A DNA stretch of 62,295 bases, counting the filler, from Basidioascus undulatus (Eukaryota), in assembly GCA_000826855.1 (NCBI GenBank). It is 6 parts of 6 records of this genome, joined end to end, with 100 filler letters (N's around TTAATTAATTAA, not from the genome) between each part and the next. Parts side by side here need not be neighbours in the genome. Positions count along the whole stretch, not along the records: positions 20,834 to 31,139 come from JTLS01001148.1; positions 31,240 to 41,544 come from JTLS01001149.1; 4 more parts are not named here. One strand, given 5' to 3'. The notes under the pieces are model-generated. The model made no database searches. It was given only the letters and a program-made list of their open reading frames with translations, and was not told the DNA's origin. Position 1 is the stretch's first letter. Every line of letters starts with the position of its first letter. Below are positions 23,364 through 34,218 of the stretch, piece after piece. The translations under genes and the position numbers were made by a program.

Positions 23364-26298
23364 TCAGTACAACACCAAGAGGGAAAACCGCTGTATTCGA
23401 GCGTACTGGAACGGTGCCTCTGCAATGTAATGGTATAGTTAAATACAGCTCCTAAAATGTTCAGCGGCAGACTTACTGATCGACCCAGTCTCGTAGTTGT
23501 TGATGATGGACTGGACCGCGGTGTAGGTACCGGCTCCGAAGAAGTAGATTCTATGGGCTAGCATTCAGCATTCACGCCAACAACCAGGAGCCCGACTGCA
23601 AAGTCGCACCCTACGCCAAAAATTATAACGTTGTAAAAGAATCCAGTAATATTTCCGACGCTCTTGAAGTACTGGCCGCGGTAAAGCTCGAACCAAGCCA
23701 TGGCCCAGAACCTGTTTGGCTCCACTTCAGCACCGCAGGGGAGGCAAAACAGGAGTAATTCGACCTACACGAATCCAAACCAAGAGTCGAACAAGGAGCT
23801 CACTGTGTTCCAGTTGGGTGGTCAGTGGATGAACGCATCGAAGGGGAGACTGCGGCTGGAAGAAGACTTGCTCACTACCCTCGCGCATCACCGCGCCTCG
23901 TAAGCCAACGTCTTACGCTTGAAATGGAACGAATACGCGCAGGAGAGCAGGTCGTTGAAGAATGGAATTGCTTGTCCAATTACGTAGGCAGCGATCCAAA
24001 GTACGAGCGTAATTGCGAGCCACAACGTCCAGCCTTTGACGGTGTGTTGGCGACGGTGGATCTGAAGGAAGAAGGTCGCTACGTCAGGGACAGGTTCCCC
24101 AAGTGCAAAGGCATTCAACTCACAGATTTTTCATCCAGAATCTGGAACAAGACCACCCTTGCGGTAACAAGAGAATACACGCAGCCTGGAAGCATGCAAT
24201 GTGAGCAGGAGCACGCAGGGCGCTTAAACAAAAAAAATTACGAACCGACGACTGGAAGTCGCATATTGTCAGTGTTTAAGAAAGACACTGAATATTTAGA
24301 ACAGACTTACTGATAATAGTAGGCAGAGTCAATGCGGCCACAACTTTGGCGTAAGTCGACAGCAGAGCACCTACGCAAGAAGATCGCCTCAGGGCGGGGC
24401 CGAAATTGACCGACAGACAGAAACACATACCGTAAGCAGGAGCAGTCGTCAAGACCGTTCCAACTTTGTAATAGACTGTTTAAGCGCTTGTCAGTGAAGA
24501 TGTTGTCAGACGGCCAGCAACGTCAGACTGCGGCTTACTGACGGCACCGGCGAGGTTGAACAAGACCAGCTCAGCCGCCATACTGATGTACAGCGCCTTC
24601 GGGAAATCCTGCAATTCTGGAGCTCAGCGAAGGAATTGTGAACATGCCGCAAGGCATACCTCCGGGTTCTTCATGTCACCCACGAAACTGGGGATGAGCT
24701 GGGAACACGGGTCACTTGTCAGTCACAGAACAAGCACTCTAAACAAAATATCAGCCCGATATACCGCTTGCCCGACGAAAGTGTACCTGCACTCGGGGGT
24801 TATGATCAGGGGCAGCTCAGAAAACATTGTAAAGTTTCAACTAACGTGATGTTGACTGCGGAAGCACACCCGACGTCAGCCAACAAACCCGATGCACGGT
24901 GAAAGTGTGCCACGTACGGACGGCGTTCATGCCCTGTACGAACGTGGTTCCCTTTGGGGCCCTAGTAATAAGCGATAAAGATGAGCCAAATAGCGCATGG
25001 TCTACCACTTGAACAGTAGCAACGTACCAGACCGTCCAGGTGATTGGCTCGCCAGTCCAGCCCTGCGGATGATCCTGAACACCCGCGACTGCGATGCATT
25101 TCAGCTACAACTGTTTGGTCTCGGTGTACCCCTAGCACTTACAGATCACTAGTTAGAGAAACGGCTTGTCAGCAGTGTGATGTGTTATGCGCAGAGGGAC
25201 TGGCCAGGAACTCACTGGCCAGGGTGATGCAAATGAACATCGTTGCTGCTGCGAAAATGCCGAGCAGAGACATGTGCTGGAAATCGCGGAAAAGGGAACC
25301 TACGGGACAAAATCAGCAAGACGTAGCTTCAAAACATAGAACAATAGACTAACCGGCAAACATGATGATGGTGATCACCCCCGCAAAGACCTGCGTGCAG
25401 ACACCGGGTTGGTGAAGGGTGTTGAGGGCAACCTGGAACGACGACCGTTGAGTTCCCGCAGAGTGCTAGTATTCATTGTTTCCTTACCGCCCCCGCATTT
25501 GTGTGCAAGGCCATAATGCAACTAAAAAGAGTAGAGAGAAGGACATCAGCCCGACATGGCTCACGCCTGGTGAGAAGTATGGACCCACAGGTTGTTCAGC
25601 AGCAGGCCTATGAAGGCCGCCCACCATCCGATGCGTCGCTGTCCGAACAGGTAGTACCCACTGTATAGATAGTCAGTTTATTGCCATGCGGTCATTGACG
25701 TTTGATGGACACTCACACATCACATATATCGCGAATTTGGTGGTATTTCAGGCAGTATCGCCAGAGAACGTGCGACGTGTAGAGGGTGGTAAGGCCTGTA
25801 GAGTCGGTTCAAGTCAATAAGTTGATGACCCTTGCACCTCGTGAACCTCACGAGCTCAAAGCGGCAGGAGCACTCACCGATAAGAACGATAGTCAAGACG
25901 CCGCCAGCCATTCCAAGCACTTGGAATGAGGACTGCGCACCTCGATCGAATGAGTAAGATGTATCTTGATAAACAAATTGACCTTCTTACAGCCAGGGCC
26001 AGCAATGCAAGGACTGAAAGAGCCCAAGCTTGTCTTCAGCTAGGCACTCGCGGTCGTGCCTCACCATCACACTCACCGATGTATTCCAGCAGGAGCAATG
26101 CTGCCGTCTGTAAAAACGCGCACATGCATCAGCCTCGTTACCTAGCACTAGTGAGGGTATAAAGCACACCTGTTGCCAGGACAAAGCGCGTTCTGGGATG
26201 GCCGCCAGAACGCTTGATTCGGCGTCCTTCTCTACATGGACGCTCCCCTCAGCCCGCTCAACATCCTCCTCGTTATACTGTTTTTCGAAGAGAGTCAT
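23364..26298 (-). CDS. Aa_trans (Mtr-like neutral amino acid) permease with many short exons
   Basis: RALSWQQTAALLLLEYI, VLGMAGG, AMIFAGVQDHP, LNITYTFVGQALIPSFVGDMKNPEDFPKAL, IGQAIPFFNDLLSLMSSLFDSWFGF, GAGTYTAVQSIINNY; last exon and stop are approximate. Confidence 0.9.
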
Positions 26299-27608
26299 TG
26301 CGATCCGCGTAAGAGGTGTAGGGGACGAAAAGCAGACGACCGTCTTCGAAAGATGGGAGTAAGACGATCGCTCAGTGGTGTGTACGTATTTGAGGCACGG
26401 GGCGCGACTTCGGCGTCCCTGCGGCCCCGCACTCAATTGCTTTTTGCATATAATACACGGCAGTATAAGCGCATTACGCCATCGCAAGTGATGATGAGCA
26501 CACAATCTGTGGCGGATATCCACGCGTCGCGAGTTGTCGGAGCCACGAGCGTCAGGGAGCCAAGGCAAGCGCACGGTTATTTTGGTCCCCGATCGGAGGC
26601 GCAGCCGGAGCCCAGGGCCTGATCTTGGCTTGTCATTTCTACGTGTTGATTTGCAGCCACGCAGTCGAGTCGTAATTAACCGTCTTCTTGCTTTTCAGAC
26701 CGCTTCTTCATTGTTACAATGAGCCAGCAAATGGCAGGTCAAAGGTTTGCAGGGATGGAGGTAACACATGTTAACCAGGCGATGGGTACAAGTAACAGTG
26801 TCGGAGCAAAAGCAACGACATCCATACAAGTACTGTAATTCAATAATGAGCAGGAATCGGTTGAGGTTGGACAAAGGTTGGCGTGCTTGAACTTCTCGAT
26901 GAGGGTGACCTTAGCCTGAGAAGAAACTGGACAGTTTGGGACAGTCGACGCCTGAAGCTCTTCGAAGCCCACAGCGACGGATGCGAAGCGAACCTTCCCC
27001 CCGTATCCATCTTGTACTCACAAGATGCTTCGAGAGCATGAACATACGACTTCTAACTTATAGCGTGAAAGTTACGTATTCAGGAATTAAGAGAGCCATG
27101 TTGTTGACCTGAGCTGTCACAGATGTGTGCGGTGGCTCCTGGCCTCAAGTCGGACATGGCCTAAGTGTTGCGCTGGAGTCTTCACTTTATCCTTTGAGCA
27201 AATGTTCTCCCATTCAAAGCTGCCCGAGCTGCCGGTGGACGTATAGTGGAGATATCAATAGCGATAGTGAGGTGGTGTGCTCTTGGCTACGTCGCAACTG
27301 CTCTTCTCTCCCTAAAGCCTGGCCTTCTATTCTGACTTGGCCATGGAATCTGGTCAGGGTACCAAACGTAAAACTTGAAGAGAGTTATTGCCCCACGCAA
27401 CCGCGCACGTAGGCAATACGAAAATCCCGGAGGGTGCCCGCTGATCACTGCGCCTGCGGCCTGCCTATAAACGTGCAAGGTAGGCACTAAGCAGCTCTGA
27501 TTAGGGATTCCCTGGTCTACCGATTGAAAGTTATGAGCAAACTAAATAGCCGCAGATTCCTCCTTCATCCTGCACCGTCAGGATCAAAGGGATGTCAGTG
27601 ATTTTGCG

Positions 27609-27925
27609 GACGCTCTTGAAGTACTGGCCGCGGTAAAGCTCGAACCAGGCCATGGCCCAGAAGCAGTTTCGCTCCGCTTCAGCACCGCAGCGGAGGCACA
27701 AAAGAAGTAACTCGACCTACACGAATCCAAACCAAGAGTCTAACAAGGAGCTCACTGTGTTCCAGTTGGGTGGTGAGTGGATGGACGCATCGAAGGGGAG
27801 ACTGCGGCTGGAAGAGGACTTGCTCACTACCCTGGCGCATCACCGCGCCTCGTAAGCCAAACGTCTTACACTTGAAATGGAACGAATACGCGCAGGCCAC
27901 CAGGTCGTGGAATTGATTGTCCAAT
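27609..27925 (-). repeat. Partial direct duplicate of permease segment 23657-23980 (exons and introns)
   Basis: Colinear, highly similar sequence (GACGCTCTTGAAGTACTGGCCGCGGTAAAGCTCGAACC...TTGTCCAAT) with scattered substitutions and a short deletion near 27905. Confidence 0.95.
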
Positions 27926-28988
27926 AACCTATGTGAGCAACTCACACAGCGTCCACCGTGCCGCCAGCTGGCGCCTGATGAGCATCGTCTCCTTGTGAAT
28001 TTTCTCGAGCTCGTATGAAAAGAACGAAAATACTAAACCATGTGAGGAAGTGGTACATCAGGCAAGTCTGTTTTCGAAGAAACAAGAGAGGTGTTAAGCT
28101 TGAATGGCCGTGCGGCGGTGAGCCGGCACTCGCCAGACAGTTCATAGCAGGGTGCCACGCACGGCAGCTCAAACCCGCTGGACGTCCTGGTGCAAACCGT
28201 CAGTGGAGGGAGTAAGACAACCAAGATTCGGTACATCCTCAGCATAGCTTCCCTATGTACAGATAAGATGAAACTAAGGCACGTTCATCAGGTTCATACG
28301 ACACAATATGGGGGAAGGCTCCACTTTGACTGGGGATGTGACGCCGGGAACAATGGGTTCCGAAAGAATATGCTACTCTTCCACACCTCCAGTGCTTCTT
28401 GGGGGATGCAGAAAACCTGTCCTGACACGACGCGCACATTGCATGTCTCAGAGAGGTTACCTTGCAATTCTATGCGACGCTGTCTTGTCAAGTACGAAGC
28501 CCTCTTTTGTATAGCCTTTGCCTATGCAGAAAAAGTATACGAGCCCCAAGCGAAAGTGGCTGTTGTTTGTTCCAGCTGTTTGCCATGCGAGGTGAGGTGC
28601 GATGGCAGCCACACCAACGAGTTCAACGAAGTAAGAAGTAAGACCTCCAGCATACAAGCAGCAACCGTACCCCAGATGGCGAATTAAGCGCTAAACAGCC
28701 CTTTATACTCTCCGGCTGAGATCTCAAGGATTGCGCATTGTGTTCAGCGGACTCGCTATGTGACTGCGCATCGGGCCAGCGGCATCGCAACGTCGGACAG
28801 CCGCCTTGTGGACGCTTCGTTTTCACATGTGAAGAACGCTCCTTCGTACGGCGAGTATTCGCCTTTCCCATTCCAACACGCGTCTTGACCTCTGCCGCTC
28901 CCTGCTCTTATCGCCAAAAACGCGACCCCCAGCTCACCTCTTCCTACTCGTCTTGAACTCGACCATCTTCATCAACCCTCAAAGCACT

Positions 28989-29448
28989 ATGTGCACGAGC
29001 ATCCGCTTCGACACAGCCCACGTGAGCGGGGTCGCTTGTACTCACTCATAGCGACGCTGACGAGACTGCCCTTAGCTGCGACTGGTACGCCGTCCACTGC
29101 GTTTCTTCCCTTGGCTCTTGATGTCTCCCTGGGTAACACCACTCCTCTGTCAGACGTACCACAGATCAAGGAAGATGGCAAGGACACTGCCGTGGCGGAC
29201 GATTCACCAACCCGCATCCACCGACCCGCAGCCCCCCGAGGTCCCCAAGCAGAGCATGGTCGAGGAGATGGCCACGGGCGCTCCGACGCTGGTGGAGCAG
29301 TGCTTCTCCCGACCCCGCAAGGATCTCTCCTGACACGGGCCTCATGGTGCTTTGCATGGAGGCTCGCGAGGTGTGCCTTGCTGCTCTCGCTCCTGTGCCT
29401 TCGGGGTTGATGACGATGGTCTCGACCATGTATCCTATAGCTTATGAA
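28989..29448 (+). pseudogene. Small spliced hypothetical gene or pseudogene
   Basis: Exons 28989-29021, 29076-29084, 29154-29333 join in frame with good splice signals; a further coding-like stretch in another frame and a GTGAGT intron at ~29449 follow the stop. Confidence 0.4.
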
Positions 29449-30299
29449 GGTGAGTAATCCTCCTGCACACAGGCGCTGCGACTGGACGCTAATGTGGACA
29501 AGCTACCCGAAGTGCAAGGCCGGCGACGACTCGTCGGACCCCGACCTCGACGCGTACGCCGTTGCCAAACCCTTACAGTTGAATGACTCCCCACTTCCAC
29601 ACATTCAAACATCCTAACGTAAAATGCGGACTGTGACTTCCACCGCCTGTGCATTTTTGGCAATAACTTCAAAGAGTAGGCTTGCAATCATACCCTCGAT
29701 ATAGACATATTGGTCCTGGAAACAGGAGGGTTGGGGTACTACCTTTCATGCCGAATGTTCTCCTCGAATGTGTGAACTGGACACATGTGACGTGCGAGAC
29801 ACTGGGTCGGTTCTTTCAGGCGCTTCACAGAATAGAATTCAGGTTCAGCTTACAGGACGTGTCCTTTCCAAATTTCCCCAAAGTACTAAATGAAATGGGT
29901 GCTACCAGATGGACAAACGGAGATGAGTTTGACAGCAACACTTGACAGGCTTGCTTCTTAGAGCCTGTGGTTCACAGCTCCATGGGATGAGGCGACAGAA
30001 GCTGCAGGCATTCTAAAAAGATATCAGTATGGTATGGTATAGGTGTGGAAGCCATGGCAGTGTAGGTCCGTGCGCAGACACTCACAGTGACAAAGGTTCC
30101 GTTCATCTAAAATATGCACGGTGAACCCCGACCAGGTGACGGCTGTATAGACCTTCACCTACTTTCGGTTCTTCGTCTGTGATGACTGTTTGGATCAGTG
30201 GCTTCCAGATTTGATAGCATAGATGTGCACTATGGGCTCTTCTTTGCCCATTCCGTGTCCGTTCCTCGTACGAAATGTGCAACCGCAATTCTAAGCATG

Positions 30300-31139
30300 T
30301 ACAGCCCCGCCTGCAAAGTCCCCTGAGTAGCTTGAGATCATTATAAACTGCACAATATTCTGGTTAGCCCAATATTAAACAGTTATAATGCATGAGGACA
30401 ATACAGCTGTGTCTTCACCGTAAACAATCCAGACCGCTTAGCCGCACTCAGTGGCATTCGAATTGCTGGGAAACGTGAAAGGCAGATACTTCCACATGCA
30501 CTACCCAACAGACTAAAGATGTTCATCATCAAACCAAAGCAATGCAACAGTATGGAAAGCTTAATCACCCTGGTCAAGATACCAGACATCGCACTACTTC
30601 TCCAAGCACTTCTCCTCAAACAACATGATTTCAGCGAGACCCAGGAATCCTCCATGGTGCTGTGAAGCATACAGTGTCCTTCCTCACTGATACTGGCAAA
30701 ACAGGGGAAGTTGCAGGCACACCAAAGTGAAGTCAGTTATCAAGCAGTGGCCTGGGTCATCTTTGAATACCAGGCAGAGCTTCTCAAGATCTGGGAGTTC
30801 CTAAAGTCCATTCATCAACACTTGAGCAATGGTGAGCAAATCCTGGATGAGCTCCTGCAAAGCCAAGTTCAGTTGAAACATCCCAACCTGAAGGTCAAGT
30901 TGTGAAAGTAAAGGAACCCACATGTTGATGCAGGTGAGGGAAAACTTCCATTGTGATTACAAAGCAGCACAGCAGTGGAACAACAATGGGGAGTTGCTTG
31001 AAGAAGGACAGGTGATTGCAGGCCTCAAGGCAGTAACAGTTGAGAATAAGGTGTGTCAATGTCATGAACGTCTTAACAAATATTCAATTCTCGACAACTG
31101 TCAAACCTTGCCACCTCATTTTACGCTCTCACCCTTTCC
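30300..31139 (+). pseudogene. CpG-depleted decayed reading frame at contig end (possibly repeat-derived)
   Basis: One frame is open 30396-30905 except for TGA at 30663; CG is very rare after ~30650. Confidence 0.4.
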
Positions 31140-31239
31140 NNNNNNNNNNNNNNNNNNNNNNNNNNNNNNNNNNNNNNNNNNNNTTAATTAATTAANNNNN
31201 NNNNNNNNNNNNNNNNNNNNNNNNNNNNNNNNNNNNNNN
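31140..31239. other. Artificial contig spacer
   Basis: N44-TTAATTAATTAA-N44. Confidence 0.99.
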
Positions 31240-31640
31240 TCAGCCGCCCTCTCCCACCTCACCCTCACGCCCCCACCCTCCGTCCCCTCCCACCTCACGC
31301 GCGCCTACGCTTCACACGCGCAATACCTGCACAGCGCGTTTTACTCGCTCTGCTCCGACCCTAGCGAACTGGCCTACCTCGCCCACCGCACGTGGGGGGA
31401 CTTTATCCGGCCGTGGGAGGAGGGCGAGTCGGCGGAGGCTGGTGCGTCCTTCTTCCCCTTCCCCTTCTTCCTGTGCTTCTCCCTCTTACCTCTTCCTCCC
31501 CTTCTTTCCCCCTGACCTTCCTCCACCCCGAAGAGCCCACGCCCACGCAGCTCCAATCCCTCTCCACCACTTTCTCGCGCGCGCACGTACCGCGTCTCCT
31601 TGCCTTGCACACTCGCTCCCTTCCCCCTACCTCATTTCCG
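31240..31640 (+). CDS. Internal fragment resembling origin recognition complex subunit 5 (lid region)
   Basis: AQYLHSAFYSLCSDPSELAYLAHRTWGDFIRPW, intron 31442-~31533, then QLQSLSTTFSRAHVPRLLALHTR; resembles my recollection of the ORC5 DxxELxY...WxxFxxP segment; no ORC5 C-terminal domain follows. Confidence 0.45.
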
Positions 31641-33150
31641 GCGATTCTGGCGCGTCTATCCGCACCACCTCTTCCGGGAAGAGCTGCGTCTCCAGCAGCG
31701 AGCAGCCCTACACACCGACGCATTTCATCACTTCCTTGCCCGCGTACCCGACGTGCACGCCAGGCTCCGTCTCGGAGTGTCCTCCGAGGTCGGATAGTCT
31801 GGGCTTGGACGCCGAGTCGGGGGCACTGGAAGAGAAAGGGAAGGGCAAGAAGCGGAGCAAAGAGGGCAAGTCGAAGAATGCTAAGGCGCCGTTCAGCGTG
31901 GACGCGGTGCCTGGTCGGGAGGAAATGAAGTATGCATCGAGCCTTGAGGTCTTCGGTGAGTCTTACTGTCCGCCATTCTCCACATTTTTAATTGAGCGCT
32001 CACCAGGCTACTTTCGCAGACGAGAACGGAAACGGCGTTAAGTTCGGGTCTCTGTTTGCCTATCAGAAGACGCTGAGTGCGTCGCATCTTCACTTGCTGT
32101 TTGTGAGGCTGACTTCTTTTCTTAGTTTTTTTCATTCGGTCCGCATTGTGCGGGCAATGTCTCGACTTCATGAAGACTCTCAGTGCGTCCGCCGTTGCCC
32201 CTGATGAAATCTCCAGTCTGACCGCCCGCTTTTGCAGTCGAGCTCGACACTGCACCTCTCGAGCGTGCTGGCATCCGGATCGTGGTTCTGACCCACGCCA
32301 ACTGGAAGGTTGTCAAGGGCTATAGGGGTACGCTCGCCTGGACTTGGTGTCTCCGTGCCTGCGGATTCCGCTGACTTTAGGCTTTTTGGTACGCTGGACA
32401 GAGGCGATCAAGTGCTCGTATCCGATGTACACCGACCCCAGCAAGGAGCTCTACGTTGCCATGGGCATGACCCGTAGGACGATGGATGTTCGTTTCCACC
32501 CTTTGCTTTATTTCGCAGCTCCACGGCTGACACGGCCTGCCTACAGGGTGGTCCGAGCTGTGAACGGGGTGCATACAACCGCACTGGGTTGTTGTCGCAG
32601 GGTGTCATTGGCATCACCGTACTTTTGTTCGCATAACCCGCCTTCTGTATGATACTAATCATTCGAAATTGACTAGAATTACCTCGTGGTATGTTCCGAT
32701 CCGTCGTTGTTCTTAAAACTCGTGATACTGAACTTGTTGCGCAGCATATGCCGTTGAAGAATCCTGGCGATATCTGGCAGCTCGGTGGAGAGTTCATCCT
32801 CGGCCCTGGTAAGTCAAATGCGCCAATTGGCCTCGCGTGTCGCTGACCCCTCGCATCCGGCAGGTCTGCGCTGCTCTTACGCGCATCGGATGAGCACGCG
32901 GAGGAACCATGCCGAACCGGAGGAGTATGCGCTTTCGCTATCACAACGCTCAGCCAGTCAATCGGCTCACCCATCCTATGCTCACACCTTCAGCGTCATC
33001 CAACACGCCGGCGTCGACCTTCACGCTCCCTCCCCTGCCACGACAGTCAATCCCACGCCCTGGGAAGAATACGACGCGGACGCCGCGATCGCACTCTGGC
33101 GCGAACGCCGGCGCCAGCTCAAGGTCAGTATCGAGACCCAGCATCGCCAA

Positions 33151-33189
<39 letters not shown>

Positions 33190-33351
33190 GTGCCGAGCGC
33201 CGTCAGCGTCAGCGTTATGGACGAACAGGCCTCGTTCGATATCGGCACTGGCAAGAATCGTACTGACGGTGGCAGCTCCGCGGCTGCTCCGATGCGCAGT
33301 TTCGTTCCCCCTCCCCGCGACGCATCCCTCCGCCGCTCGCATAAGCGCTAG
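31630..33351 (+). CDS. AhpC/TSA antioxidant enzyme-like (PRXL2/AAED1-type thioredoxin fold) protein; start not identified
   Basis: SLEVFDENGNGVKFGSL, FFIRSALCGQCLDF (CxxC), YPMYTDPSKELYVAMGM, PGDIWQLGGEFILGPG, CSYAHRMSTRRNHAE; polyQ near the C-terminus. Confidence 0.85.
33148..33189 (+). repeat. (CAG/CAA)n polyglutamine tract
   Basis: About 14 Gln codons in the last exon of the AhpC/TSA-like gene. Confidence 0.95.
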
Positions 33352-34218
33352 GGCTCTTTTGAGTTCGTTTTAGTATAATGTATCAGAATACCACTTTCAT
33401 TTTCGCTGGTTGTATCGCATCACATTCGTTTGCATTCAATCGTTGCCATCTGCACATGATAGCGTATGCGCTTGAGCGGGTCGCAGTCTCAGATCAACGA
33501 AGTCATGAATCTACATGGTGTTCTTTCAGATTCTCGGGAATAGTTCTTCTACTTTACTTGCAGTAATTCATCTTTCCTATGCCGTGATTGTGGCCAGGCA
33601 GACGCCCACGACTGTGGCCGACCAGAGCTAAGCTTGGTGCCGCTGCTACTACTACTGACCTCGATAGCTAATGCATAAAGAGGGTTTGTATTTATTTCAC
33701 CCCCCAATACTAGTCCAATACTACTGACGACGACTGGAGTCACTGAACATGCGTATTTTGCATGAGGGCCTCAGGCCGCAGTCTGACAGCCTCAAAAATT
33801 CACCGCGAAACATGCATGCCCCTCCCATCCCTCAGCCGGACATTTTACATGGTTCCCCAGTCAGTTATGCATACTTGATTAGGTTTAGCGAGTCCTTCTC
33901 TCCATTCGTCCACGATGTACCCGATGTAGGGGTTGTGAAAGTCGGGTTTCACCTCCTCGACTCTTCTTTGTCACGTAACCATTCACTGGTGCGGGGTGTA
34001 TTCCCCTTGAAGACTCGCTATTCATTGTGAACGTCCTAGCATTTCCTACAGATTCCACTTTACAGCTATCAAGGCCTGTCAAGTGCAAGCCGTCATGTAT
34101 GCAGTGACACATGCATTTACTCCTGCCAATGCGAAGGTGATTCCGAGTACACGGTCTCTTCCGCTCTGCCCTTCCTTCCCAAAATTCACGATAGTTCTCT
34201 TACTCACCAACGATCACA

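Noticed and set aside
23872..23874. TGA micro-exon as a stop codon or selenocysteine
   Set aside because: It is read across codon boundaries (T|TG A|TG = Leu-Met), never as UGA.
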